Source: Nostoc sp. PCC 7120 = FACHB-418
GTDB taxonomy: Bacteria > Cyanobacteriota > Cyanobacteriia > Cyanobacteriales > Nostocaceae
Assembly: GCF_000009705.1 (NCBI RefSeq)
Contig: NC_003272.1
Span: forward strand, 4,020,001 to 4,052,000
DNA: 32,000 nucleotides
Reading direction: 5' to 3'
In this document: positions 1-8,199 of the stretch, in pieces
Layout of the letters: the number at the start of each line of letters is the position of its first letter
How positions within the stretch are numbered: position 1 is the first letter of the stretch
Notes under the pieces: generated by a model
What the model was told of the DNA's origin: nothing
The model's database searches: none
Seen by the model: only the letters and a program-made list of their open reading frames with translations
Translations under genes and position numbers: made by a program

Positions 1-1131
1 AATACTGGGGGCAGGCAAAGGTCTATCCTGGCAGTCGTTGAGTAGACTATCGGGACGTTGACGTAAACCAATAGGACGGGCGGTGGCGTAGGTGTGTGTA
101 TCAATTAGGTTGAAGTAACTGGGCAGGTTCGCGGCGCTACAACCATGCGGTTGTTCATAGCGATAGCGCCAGCGAGTTGCGCGGTTCTTAAAACGAATGA
201 CATAGGTTTTTGGTTGGATGAAAGTTTGTCCGGCGCTGGCTTGCAGTAGGGAGAAAGCCGATGGTACTAGTTCGGGATTGAGGATAACTTCTACTAGGGC
301 AAATGCTTCTGGCAGACTATTATCTACGAGTACAAACTCAGCTACTTGGGTGTCATTCTCCAACAAGCGATAATGACCAGGTGTTTGTCCAACGAAGTTG
401 AGGCTGGTGCTGAATGGTTCACCTGATTTATGGGTATCGGGAACGATGACATCAATAGCCCAAGATTCCTGCTCATTAGTATTGACTAAAGTAAAGTTAT
501 ATGTATTATCTGGATTGGCGTTGGTGATAACTTGGGTGCGGTAGGTTCCCTGTCTTGGTAGATGGTCTAATTCGGAAACATACTGACTAGCTGGGAGACT
601 ATCCCAATCACTAGGATTTGGTATGTTAGTAGCATTCCCTTGATAGGTGAGGGATTCTAGGGTTTTGTCTGCATGGGTGACTAGCTGCCCAAGCTGATAT
701 TCGTTGTTAGTTGTGTAAGCTGATAAAGGTTGGGTGAGAAATAGAGCGTGTCCTTCGTTCCCAGAGAGGTTAGAGAAATAATAAATTTGATTGCGGCTGT
801 TAATGAGGGACAGATTGGTAAAATTGGCAAAATAGCGATCGCTCACTACTAACCAAAATGTCAGTCTATAAACTCGGTCTATCGGGAAAATCGTCGGAAA
901 CTGTCCCGATGGCGCTGCGTTGACATTAGCAAAAAGACTCGCCCCATAAAGTTGAGGACGGAACACCCAACGGAGATTAGCCAGCACCCGCAAACATTCC
1001 TGGGTAGGCACTAACGCCAAGGTACGAGAAATATCATAATTGTTGGGCAATGATCCAGGCGTATTCGGCTGTCCCAAATAAAAATCATGCCACAGTTCTA
1101 AGTTGAGGATTTTCTTATATAGAATCTTCAT
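1..1131 (-). CDS. Hypothetical protein, N-terminal 377 codons only (gene continues past the left window edge); possibly a component of a contractile-injection-system locus
   Basis: Absent from the ORF track because it has no stop inside the window. My own reverse-strand translation from ATG 1131-1129 (MKILYKKILNLELWHDFYLGQPNTPGSLPNNYDISRTLALVPTQECLRVLANLRW...) stays open for 377 codons down to base 1. No Walker A or other motif recognised. It is co-directional with the DUF4255-like gene and starts 108 nt downstream of it. Confidence 0.6.
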   Translation of the reverse strand, partial: MKILYKKILNLELWHDFYLGQPNTPGSLPNNYDISRTLALVPTQECLRVLANLRWVFRPQLYGASLFANVNAAPSGQFPTIFPIDRVYRLTFWLVVSDRYFANFTNLSLINSRNQIYYFSNLSGNEGHALFLTQPLSAYTTNNEYQLGQLVTHADKTLESLTYQGNATNIPNPSDWDSLPASQYVSELDHLPRQGTYRTQVITNANPDNTYNFTLVNTNEQESWAIDVIVPDTHKSGEPFSTSLNFVGQTPGHYRLLENDTQVAEFVLVDNSLPEAFALVEVILNPELVPSAFSLLQASAGQTFIQPKTYVIRFKNRATRWRYRYEQPHGCSAANLPSYFNLIDTHTYATARPIGLRQRPDSLLNDCQDRPLPAPSI

Positions 1132-1239
1132 ACTTCGTCATAAGTACTCAGAGACTTGAAAAATTGCTGGGTAGGGAGCGACGAGTGCTAAGTCCTGAGT
1201 CAGAAATTCCTCCCAATCCCTAATCCCTTCTATTTGAAA

Positions 1240-1818
1240 TCACTCATTAATGTAGATTTCAGTAATGGTGCTACCTTCAGCTTGTCGTTTTGGAGCCTCT
1301 AAGGAGAGAATCCGAGCGCGATACAGAACAAAAGGAACTTGTTTACCTCCTAACGCTCCCCAAAGATGGTTAAGCTGCTCAAAAGTAAGGCTATAAAGGT
1401 CTGGTAATATCCTTAAGTCCCGCGATATACCACCGATACCAGGTGTAGTGGTAAAAGAAAGCTCTTTTTGCCACTGAAAAAATTCCACCACCCGTGAAAG
1501 CAATCTCAGAGATGTTTCGTATTGATTGTGTAACGCCGAAAAAAGGATAAATAAGTTGAGATTAACTGGAGGATTTTGGTAAATAGTGCGTCCGTTATCC
1601 AAACGATAATGAGGCGAATTTTTTAAGGTTGTCTCCTCCTGTAGATTCACAAGGCTCATGACTACATGACCATTGATCTGGTTGTTTTGACCACCGAGTT
1701 CTTCAGCCATTGCAATATTTTCGATGATCACAACTTGGCTAAGACCAAGTTCTGGCTCAAATTCAAGAATGTAGCGTTGCAAAGCAACCTGTATCAGCCT
1801 CATTGCATCGGATATCAT
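1240..1818 (-). CDS. DUF4255 / Pvc16-N-like protein (T4 gp3-like tail terminator family of contractile injection systems)
   Basis: ORF-track entry 1240..1839 begins at a TTG; the first ATG is 1818-1816 (MISDAMRLIQVALQRYI...). The product is about 190 aa. The pattern HVVMSLVNLQEETTLKNSP...NLNLFILFSA...LWGALGGKQVPFVLYRARIL matches my memory of the DUF4255 family. Recognition is by memory, not by search. Confidence 0.6.
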   Translation of the reverse strand: MISDAMRLIQVALQRYILEFEPELGLSQVVIIENIAMAEELGGQNNQINGHVVMSLVNLQEETTLKNSPHYRLDNGRTIYQNPPVNLNLFILFSALHNQYETSLRLLSRVVEFFQWQKELSFTTTPGIGGISRDLRILPDLYSLTFEQLNHLWGALGGKQVPFVLYRARILSLEAPKRQAEGSTITEIYINE

Positions 1819-2204
1819 AGGAAACCCCCAATGAATCAACTGGATACCTGAGTTTTTTTGGGAATTTGGGATTATAAGTTATGGCAACAAGAGTAAATAT
1901 TAATAAATTAGAAAGTTTTCTCCTGTTTCAGTAAAATTTGTCCTCAATTAACTGAGCAGATTAGCCTTTTTTTATCCAGATTGTGTCAAATGCAACAATT
2001 ATTTTCACTATATATGGATTAGACCATTTATACATATCAAAATGTTGAATTATGTATAGACAATGATACATATTAGGCTTTTCCATTGAGGTGAAAATCA
2101 CCCTATAAATGCCTTGTGGCTGAAAAAAGTCATGAGTACTGAGTTTTTGAATGTAGCAACAATTTAGCTATTACTGAGTAAAAAATACTAGTACCGCAAG
2201 GCGG

Positions 2205-2235
2205 AATTCAAAATTCAAAATTCAAAATTCAAAAT
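2205..2235. repeat. Tandem heptamer AATTCAA x4 plus a partial unit (STRR-like spacer repeat)
   Basis: Read directly: ggAATTCAAAATTCAAAATTCAAAATTCAAAATg, about 60 nt downstream of the KaiB-like stop. Confidence 0.9.
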
Positions 2236-2294
2236 GAATACAGCGTAAGCGTTTCGTTAGTTTAGGATGGTCGGCTTATTTACGCCGTTCTGTA

Positions 2295-3059
2295 CTAGCC
2301 ATTATCCATAGCACCTAACATTTGTAAGATTTTGCCGGCGTTGTCCAAGTCACCAACCATGCGGCGAATTGGCAAAGGCCAAACTTTCACTAAGGTGGGA
2401 GTGGCGGAAACCTGATCAATTTCTGCCTGTTCAGGATTAGTTAAGACATCAATCACCTTCATAGTGTAAGGATATCCTAGCGATCGCTCCAATAGTTCAT
2501 GCAGATTTTTCAAAATCCGTTCTGTATTCGCACTATGTCCAGCCACAAACAACCGTAAAACATAGGTTTTAAGTGGCGCTTTTTGGACTGTGATAGCCGG
2601 TGGATAATATTTGGGAGCCTGTTCAGACAAGTCTAAGTTGACAATTAAATCATGGTCTTCCCATAGTTGGGGGAATGAGGAGCGATAAGTTGATAATACC
2701 AGGCGATCGCACAAGCCCTCTTGCCAAGGAGATGGTTGCCAAACCAAATCTCCCGTGCTAAAAATAGCATTCAACACAGCTTGATGTTTCAGTATTCCAG
2801 GGGAAGCTTCTGCAAATGTTTTCACCTGCTGGGTTTGAGGGTCTAACCAATGGTCAACCGTCGCTGTATAGCAAGGGACTAAAAAATGAGGCGGTTCCGG
2901 TAAGTCTAAAATTTCCTGCAATGCAGCACACAAATGGGAATGCCATCGACCTTGCTTATGAGGGTCGATGCAATAAATTAAATCGCCTCCCGGTGTAAAC
3001 AAGGCGATACCCTTGTATAACCGAGGTATAGGTAAGTTATCTGGAGTCGATTTAGTCAC
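2295..3059 (-). CDS. Elongated KaiB-like protein: unknown ~160-aa N-terminal domain plus a C-terminal KaiB (thioredoxin-like) domain
   Basis: 254-aa ORF starting at GTG 3059-3057 with GGGAG 3 nt upstream; there is no in-frame ATG near the N-terminus. The C-terminal ~90 aa (KTYVLRLFVAGHSANTERILKNLHELL...MKVIDVLTNPEQAEIDQVSATPTLVKVWPLPIRRMVGDLDNAGKIL) align by eye with canonical KaiB (YILKLYVAG...[40 protein letters not shown]). Confidence 0.85.
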   Translation of the reverse strand: MTKSTPDNLPIPRLYKGIALFTPGGDLIYCIDPHKQGRWHSHLCAALQEILDLPEPPHFLVPCYTATVDHWLDPQTQQVKTFAEASPGILKHQAVLNAIFSTGDLVWQPSPWQEGLCDRLVLSTYRSSFPQLWEDHDLIVNLDLSEQAPKYYPPAITVQKAPLKTYVLRLFVAGHSANTERILKNLHELLERSLGYPYTMKVIDVLTNPEQAEIDQVSATPTLVKVWPLPIRRMVGDLDNAGKILQMLGAMDNG

Positions 3060-3219
3060 AAGCTCCCAAAACTGAACGGTAATTTAAGTTAGGACTTACA
3101 CAAAGGTCATAGATTTCTCATTAAGGCTGTCAATAGTCCAAAGTCAAAACCTTAACTAATGACTAATGACATTGAGTTTACCAGTTGCGTAAGTCCTAAC
3201 CCTCTACCTTTTACCGTAT

Positions 3220-4518
3220 CTAAACTCGTCCTCGGAGGAACTGAGCCATTTCGTTAGGAGTTGGTGACATTTCCAGCGCAGTTTCTTCAGTGATGCGGCC
3301 TTCTTGATAGAGATTGAGCAAAGATTGATTCATCGTAACCATGCCATCAAAACTAGCTTGCTTCATCAGTTCGCTAATTTCATCATATTTACCATCCTTA
3401 ATCCATTCCTTAATCGCTTCAGTGTTGATCAAAATATCGTGGAAAGCTGCCCGCTTACCATCAGTTGTGCGACACAATCCTTGAGCAATCACCGCTACCA
3501 AAGACTCTGCTATGGCTATTCGCATAGCATCCTGTTCTTCACCTGAATATAAATTGAGAATCCGTTCAATAGTTTTCACTGCACTATTGGTGTGTAGGGT
3601 TCCCATTACCAAGTGACCAGTTTGAGCCGCTTTCAGTGCTGTATTGACGGTTTCTTTATCCCGCATTTCCCCCACCAGAATCAAATCTGGATCTTCCCGC
3701 AAAGCCGCTTTTAAAGCATTATCAAACTTACGGGTGTGCATTCCCACTTCCCGTTGCTTAATCAAAGACTTGCGGCTTTGGTGAACGAATTCCACAGGGT
3801 CTTCAATCGTAATAATGTGCTTAGGCATTTCTCGATTGATGTAATCAATCATTGCCGCCATTGTTGTAGATTTACCAGAACCAGTCGGGCCTGTCACCAA
3901 AATTAAACCTTTGTGTGTGTGACAAACATCTCGAAATACTGGTGGTAGTCTCAACTGGTCAATAGATAAGATTTTCAACGGAATCAACCGCAAAACCATC
4001 GAATAGCCTTTGAGAGAATCAAAGACATTAATCCGTACACGGGCAAATTCGTACTGAGTTGCACCATCAAATTCCAAATGCTCTTGAAAACGTTGAATTT
4101 CTGGCTCAGTCATGATTTCCCGCAACCAACTCATAAAAGTCGCCTTATCGGTTTCGGGATATTCAGTTGGGTTAATCTCACCTCGGTTGCGGTAGCGGGG
4201 AATTTCACCGACACCCAAATGAATATCAGAATAGCCATTATCAAAAGCTTCTTTAATAATCTGCGCCAAAGTTAAAGGCGAATCACTAGCTGGGGTTGAA
4301 ATTGGTGGCGGTGTCCCAGGACGATGAGCCGCACTAGGTGGTGGAGGCGGTGAAGGTTGATTTGCACTCCTATTAACTGATGACATATCCAACGTTTGTG
4401 TATGTTGGCGTTGGGTAGTTAACGATGGTGGTGGTGGTGGTAATGGTGGCGGTGGTACAGGCGGTATATTACGTGAAGCAACAGGATGGGAAGTTGATGG
4501 GGACTGGGATTCCGTCAT
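3220..4518 (-). CDS. pilT: PilT-family type IV pilus retraction ATPase (PilT2-like) with a proline-rich N-terminal extension
   Basis: 432-aa ORF, ATG at 4518. It has Walker A GPTGSGKSTT, Asp box LILVGEMRD and His box GHLVMGTLHTNSA. The ~335-aa PilT/PilU-type core is preceded by a ~95-aa Pro/Ser-rich low-complexity segment (PPVPPPPLPPPPPS...PSPPPPPS...GTPPPISTP). Confidence 0.9.
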   Translation of the reverse strand: MTESQSPSTSHPVASRNIPPVPPPPLPPPPPSLTTQRQHTQTLDMSSVNRSANQPSPPPPPSAAHRPGTPPPISTPASDSPLTLAQIIKEAFDNGYSDIHLGVGEIPRYRNRGEINPTEYPETDKATFMSWLREIMTEPEIQRFQEHLEFDGATQYEFARVRINVFDSLKGYSMVLRLIPLKILSIDQLRLPPVFRDVCHTHKGLILVTGPTGSGKSTTMAAMIDYINREMPKHIITIEDPVEFVHQSRKSLIKQREVGMHTRKFDNALKAALREDPDLILVGEMRDKETVNTALKAAQTGHLVMGTLHTNSAVKTIERILNLYSGEEQDAMRIAIAESLVAVIAQGLCRTTDGKRAAFHDILINTEAIKEWIKDGKYDEISELMKQASFDGMVTMNQSLLNLYQEGRITEETALEMSPTPNEMAQFLRGRV

Positions 4519-4641
4519 ATATCTTTATGATTTTGTAGTTATTAACTAGAAACAGCAAAAAACTCTGGTCAAGGTTCTCATAGCTTTGGAACGCGGCATT
4601 GCAGATACCTGATTGCTAAAAACCCGTAAATAACACTTCGT

Positions 4642-4670
4642 TACAAAGCCCTTTGTACTTTGTATTTTTT
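4642..4670 (+). terminator. Weak intrinsic-terminator-like hairpin with no annotated plus-strand gene upstream
   Basis: TACAAAG (4642-4648) pairs with CTTTGTA (4658-4664), leaving a 9-nt loop, followed by TTTTTT (4665-4670). The stem is AT-rich, so stability is low. Confidence 0.3.
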
Positions 4671-5222
4671 ATAACCATAAAATAAAAACAGAAATTCTAC
4701 ACTACATCTATATAAACTGGTTTAACCTAAGCATTTCCATAACAACATCAGCGAATACGCTTACAGTTATTAGTGTTTTTTAACACGAACAAGATTTGAT
4801 AAATAGTTTAATCAACGTAAATGAGAAAGCTAAGGCTGAGTTAGCCATAACTTACTTGCCATTCATAGCAAAATCATTTGTAGATGATTTGTCTAGCGCC
4901 ACAAGAGAATTATGAGAGACAAATCGATTTTGCATAAGAAATGTTAAGCAAAATCTAAGTCAAGAGTTTGTAGTGGACTTTTTCAGTCATGGCTTTTGTG
5001 TTCTACTCCTCAAGACAGATAATGAAAGCTAGATTAATCCTGAAATGTAAATCCGGCTTTACATTCATCATTGAAAAAAAATAATTGTAAAGTTTAATAA
5101 ATAAATGCTCATTTTCCGAGATGGGTTTTATATACTGAAACTTCATTAAAGTAATCAGTTTGTTTCATCAAATCGAAATATTACTGAATACTAAACTCAC
5201 TGTGTATTTAGGAGGAAAAGTC

Positions 5223-5597
5223 ATGGTTTCGGCTCAGAGCTCTAATCTCGGTAAGACCTACTCCTTGTTGGTTATCAAAAGCTTTTTGATATGGACTTTT
5301 ACGCTGGCAGTGTGCTTGTTGGTTGTGGGTTTTCCATTAGTGGTTTTGATGGCTACGGTCGGATGTCTGTTGTCAATTGTGTTGCAATCTGTAATGCCTG
5401 TCAGTGCGGTTTTATTCGTAGCAGGTAGCTTAATTATGTTTAATGTAATGGCAGTTTTGATTGCTGCTGGTGTGTTGACATTTAAAGGTGTACATCCCAC
5501 AGACATTAAATGGTTAAGCTGGTTGCACGGAGAAGAAGAACAAATGGAAAGCACAGTCTATGCTTCCTGCCCTCTTACTTGTGACATCAAAATTTAA
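5223..5597 (+). CDS. Small hydrophobic membrane protein (about 3 TM segments), function unknown
   Basis: The ORF-track entry starts at TTG 5160. ATG 5223 is preceded by GGAGG (5211-5215) at good spacing. The product MVSAQSSNLGKTYSLLVIKSFLIWTFTLAVCLLVVGFPLVVLMATVGCLLSIVLQSVMPVSAVLFVAGSLIMFNVMAVLIAAGVLTF is strongly hydrophobic. Confidence 0.5.
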   Translation: MVSAQSSNLGKTYSLLVIKSFLIWTFTLAVCLLVVGFPLVVLMATVGCLLSIVLQSVMPVSAVLFVAGSLIMFNVMAVLIAAGVLTFKGVHPTDIKWLSWLHGEEEQMESTVYASCPLTCDIKI

Positions 5598-5631
5598 ATT
5601 TCTTACCACAAATTCGACAAACAGTACATCT

Positions 5632-5653
5632 GCCCGGTCAAGCCGGGTTTTTT
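5632..5653 (+). terminator. Rho-independent terminator-like hairpin after the membrane-protein gene
   Basis: CCCGG (5633-5637) / CCGGG (5643-5647), 5-nt loop, then TTTTTT (5648-5653); 35 nt after the stop at 5597. Confidence 0.55.
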
Positions 5654-5671
5654 CATGTCTATATTTGGGAC

Positions 5672-5724
5672 AGACGCGATTAATCGCGTCTCTGACAATT
5701 GTACAGACGCGATTAATCGCGTCT
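5672..5724. repeat. Two copies of a perfect 20-bp palindrome, AGACGCGATTAATCGCGTCT (5672-5691 and 5705-5724)
   Basis: Read directly. Each copy equals its own reverse complement and both are preceded by AC. The second copy ends 7 nt before the helicase ATG (5732). It resembles a dispersed Nostoc/Anabaena small-repeat family (GAGACGCGATTxATCGCGTCTC type) from memory. Confidence 0.9.
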
Positions 5725-5731
5725 CCAACTA

Positions 5732-7900
5732 ATGACTAATGCCTTCAACAGACTTGCACCTTTTATTCAAGAATATATTTATCATCATCAGTGGACTGAA
5801 TTAAGACCTGTTCAAACGGCAGCTTGTGAGGTGGTATTTGACAGCGATGCTCATCTATTAATTGCCGCCGCTACAGCTGCGGGGAAAACAGAAGCAGCTT
5901 TTTTACCAGTTTTAACTCTGTTACACGACAACCCCGCCAGCACCATAGGCGCACTATATATAGGCCCTATCAAAGCTTTAATTAATGACCAATTTGCACG
6001 GCTCAACGATTTATTAAGATTAGCGGACATCCCCGTTTACCATTGGCATGGTGATGTGGCGCAAAGTCGCAAAAATAAACTCCTAAAAAATCCCCAAGGG
6101 ATTCTCCAAATTACACCAGAATCTCTAGAAAGTTTATTAGTCAATAAACATAAAGAAATATTACGTTTATTTGGCGATTTAAGATTTGTAGTTATTGATG
6201 AAATTCATGCCTTTATGGGTTCGGAACGCGGTTGTCAGATTATTTGTCAATTGCAGCGTTTGACCAACTTAACCAAAACCCAACCCCGCCGCATTGGTTT
6301 ATCAGCAACTTTAGGTGATTATTCAATGGCGGAAGAGTGGCTGCGTTTGGGAACTAATAGACAAGTGATTACACCAAAAGTGGAAGCTGGAAAACGCCAG
6401 ATTAAATTAGCTTTAGAACACTTTTATATTGCGAAGGATGTAGATGAATCAGAAGCCACAGCATACGAACAATATATTTTTAATCTGAGTCAATCTCGTA
6501 AATGTTTAATTTTCGCAAACAATCGTACACAAACTGAATCAATAATTGCTTCTTTGCGACAAATTGCCAGCCAACAAGCACATCCAGATATATATCATGT
6601 ACATCATGGGAGTATATCTGCTAGCTTACGACAAGTGGCAGAAAATGCTATGCGCGAACCCCATAACCCGGCGGTGACTGCGGCTACTCTGACTTTAGAG
6701 TTAGGTATAGATATCGGTCATTTGGAACGAGTAATTCAATTAGAAGCGCCGCTTTCTGTAGCCAGTTTTTTACAACGTTTGGGGCGTGCGGGTAGAAGGG
6801 GTGAAGCTGCTGATATGCGCTTTATCTGTGCTGAGGATGAAATTTCAGCAGAAGCACCTTTACCAGAGCAAATTCCTTGGCAACTTTTACAGTGTATAGC
6901 GATTATTCAACTTTATTTAGAAGAACGTTGGATTGAACCAATTGAACCAATTAAATATCCTTTGAGTTTGTTATATCACCAAACAATGAGTATTTTAGTT
7001 GCAGTGGGAGAAATTTCCCCTGCTGCTTTAGCTAAACAGGTTTTGAGTTTGCCCCCCTTTGCTGCTATTTCTCAGGAAGATTTTAAGTTACTGTTGCGTT
7101 ATTTAATTGATATTGGTCATATTCAACATACTGAACAGAATAAATTAATTCTGGGTTTAGCTGGTGAAAGAATAGTTAGTAAGTTTCAGTTTTATGCCGT
7201 GTTCGCAGATAACAAAGAATATACTGTTAAGCAAGGGACAAAAGAAATTGGTAGTATTGCCACACCGCCAGTTGTTGGTAAACAATTTGCTTTAGCAGGG
7301 GTGACATGGGAAGTTACAGAAATTGACTTTAAAAAAAGAGTAGTTATAGTTAAGCAAGTGGAAGGCAAAGCTACAAGTTATTGGCGCGGTGGTAGTGGTA
7401 CGATTCACACTAAGGTTTTGCAAAGGATGCGCCGTGTTTTATTAGAAGATGCCGAATATAGCTATTTGCAAAAAAAAGCCCTCCAACGTTTACGAAAAGT
7501 TCGGGAATTGGTAAAAGAAGTTGGATTAGATAAGCAGTATATTTTGCAGTTAGAAAAAGGTAGATGTTGTATCTTTCCGTGGATGGGTACTGTGGCTTAC
7601 CGCACTTTGGAAAGGTTACTGAATAATTTTTGTCGAGAATCTTTAGAAATTAGTAGTATTGGTGGGGTAAATCCCTATTATTTGACGATTAAGTTAGGGA
7701 AGGGGAAATTTAAATATATTCAGCAAGAGATTGTCTCTTTGTGTGAACAAAGAATTAGGAGCGAAGATTTGATAAGTTCGGCGGAAGCGCCAGAGATGCA
7801 AAAGTATGACGAGTTTATTCCTCATCCTCTGTTGCGGAAAGCTTTTGCTGATGATTATTTGGATATGGATGAAATTAGAAGGGTGATTGGTAATTGGTAA
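5732..7900 (+). CDS. Lhr-like (COG1201-type) SF2 DEAD/DEAH-box helicase with a DEAD-associated C-terminal domain
   Basis: 722 aa. Q-motif-like RPVQ, Walker A variant AATAAGKTEA, motif II VIDEIH, motif III LSATLG, motif VI QRLGRAGRRG. The C-terminal part (FPWMGTVAYRTLERLL) resembles the Lhr-core domain-4 signature. Confidence 0.85.
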   Translation: MTNAFNRLAPFIQEYIYHHQWTELRPVQTAACEVVFDSDAHLLIAAATAAGKTEAAFLPVLTLLHDNPASTIGALYIGPIKALINDQFARLNDLLRLADIPVYHWHGDVAQSRKNKLLKNPQGILQITPESLESLLVNKHKEILRLFGDLRFVVIDEIHAFMGSERGCQIICQLQRLTNLTKTQPRRIGLSATLGDYSMAEEWLRLGTNRQVITPKVEAGKRQIKLALEHFYIAKDVDESEATAYEQYIFNLSQSRKCLIFANNRTQTESIIASLRQIASQQAHPDIYHVHHGSISASLRQVAENAMREPHNPAVTAATLTLELGIDIGHLERVIQLEAPLSVASFLQRLGRAGRRGEAADMRFICAEDEISAEAPLPEQIPWQLLQCIAIIQLYLEERWIEPIEPIKYPLSLLYHQTMSILVAVGEISPAALAKQVLSLPPFAAISQEDFKLLLRYLIDIGHIQHTEQNKLILGLAGERIVSKFQFYAVFADNKEYTVKQGTKEIGSIATPPVVGKQFALAGVTWEVTEIDFKKRVVIVKQVEGKATSYWRGGSGTIHTKVLQRMRRVLLEDAEYSYLQKKALQRLRKVRELVKEVGLDKQYILQLEKGRCCIFPWMGTVAYRTLERLLNNFCRESLEISSIGGVNPYYLTIKLGKGKFKYIQQEIVSLCEQRIRSEDLISSAEAPEMQKYDEFIPHPLLRKAFADDYLDMDEIRRVIGNW

Positions 7901-8035
7901 TTATAGCTGTTGACGGTTGACAGACTTGAAAGCCTTTTATTATCAGGATTTTATCTTAGCTTGATGTCCTAATCTATCTGGCTACGGCTATATGTAAATG
8001 TTGCAATAGACTGGGATGAAATTAAACGCAGATGC

Positions 8036-8055
8036 ACGCGGATAGACGCGGATAG
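8036..8055. repeat. Direct decamer repeat ACGCGGATAG x2
   Basis: Read directly in the helicase / pentapeptide-gene convergent spacer. It shares the AGACGCG core with the upstream palindromes. Confidence 0.8.
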
Positions 8056-8117
8056 AATTTCTGTTATTGCACTATTTTATATTTTAAATTTGCCAGGACT
8101 AAAATAGTACATTAGAC

Positions 8118-8199
8118 GTAGGTTTGGTAGAGTGCAGAGCAACACAACATATATTAGGGTGTTGGGTTACGCAAAGCCTCCACTCAACCTACATTTTTT
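8118..8199 (+). repeat. MITE-like composite hairpin followed by a T-run (possible helicase terminator)
   Basis: GTAGGTT (8118-8124) pairs with AACCTAC (8186-8192), GAGTG (8130-8134) with CACTC (8181-8185), and inner CAACAC (8140-8145) with GTGTTG (8159-8164). TTTTTT follows at 8194-8199. The TGTTGGGTTACGC...ACTCAACCTAC half resembles a widespread cyanobacterial dispersed repeat. Confidence 0.5.

Noticed and set aside
2295-3059. Interpreting the KaiB-like gene as part of a kaiABC clock operon
   Set aside because: No kaiA or kaiC is present in the window. The protein is about 2.5 times the canonical KaiB length because of its N-terminal extension, so it is a paralogue, not the core clock KaiB.
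5160-5222. N-terminal 21 codons of ORF 5160..5597
   Set aside because: That start is a TTG with no RBS, whereas ATG 5223 has GGAGG at ideal spacing.
5732-7900. Assigning the helicase to a named defence system (BREX BrxHI, DISARM DrmA, Hachiman HamB, Hna and similar)
   Set aside because: None of the obligatory partner genes (methylase, PglZ, DUF1998 protein, HamA/DUF1837, a nuclease domain) is adjacent or fused. The motif pattern fits a generic Lhr-core helicase.
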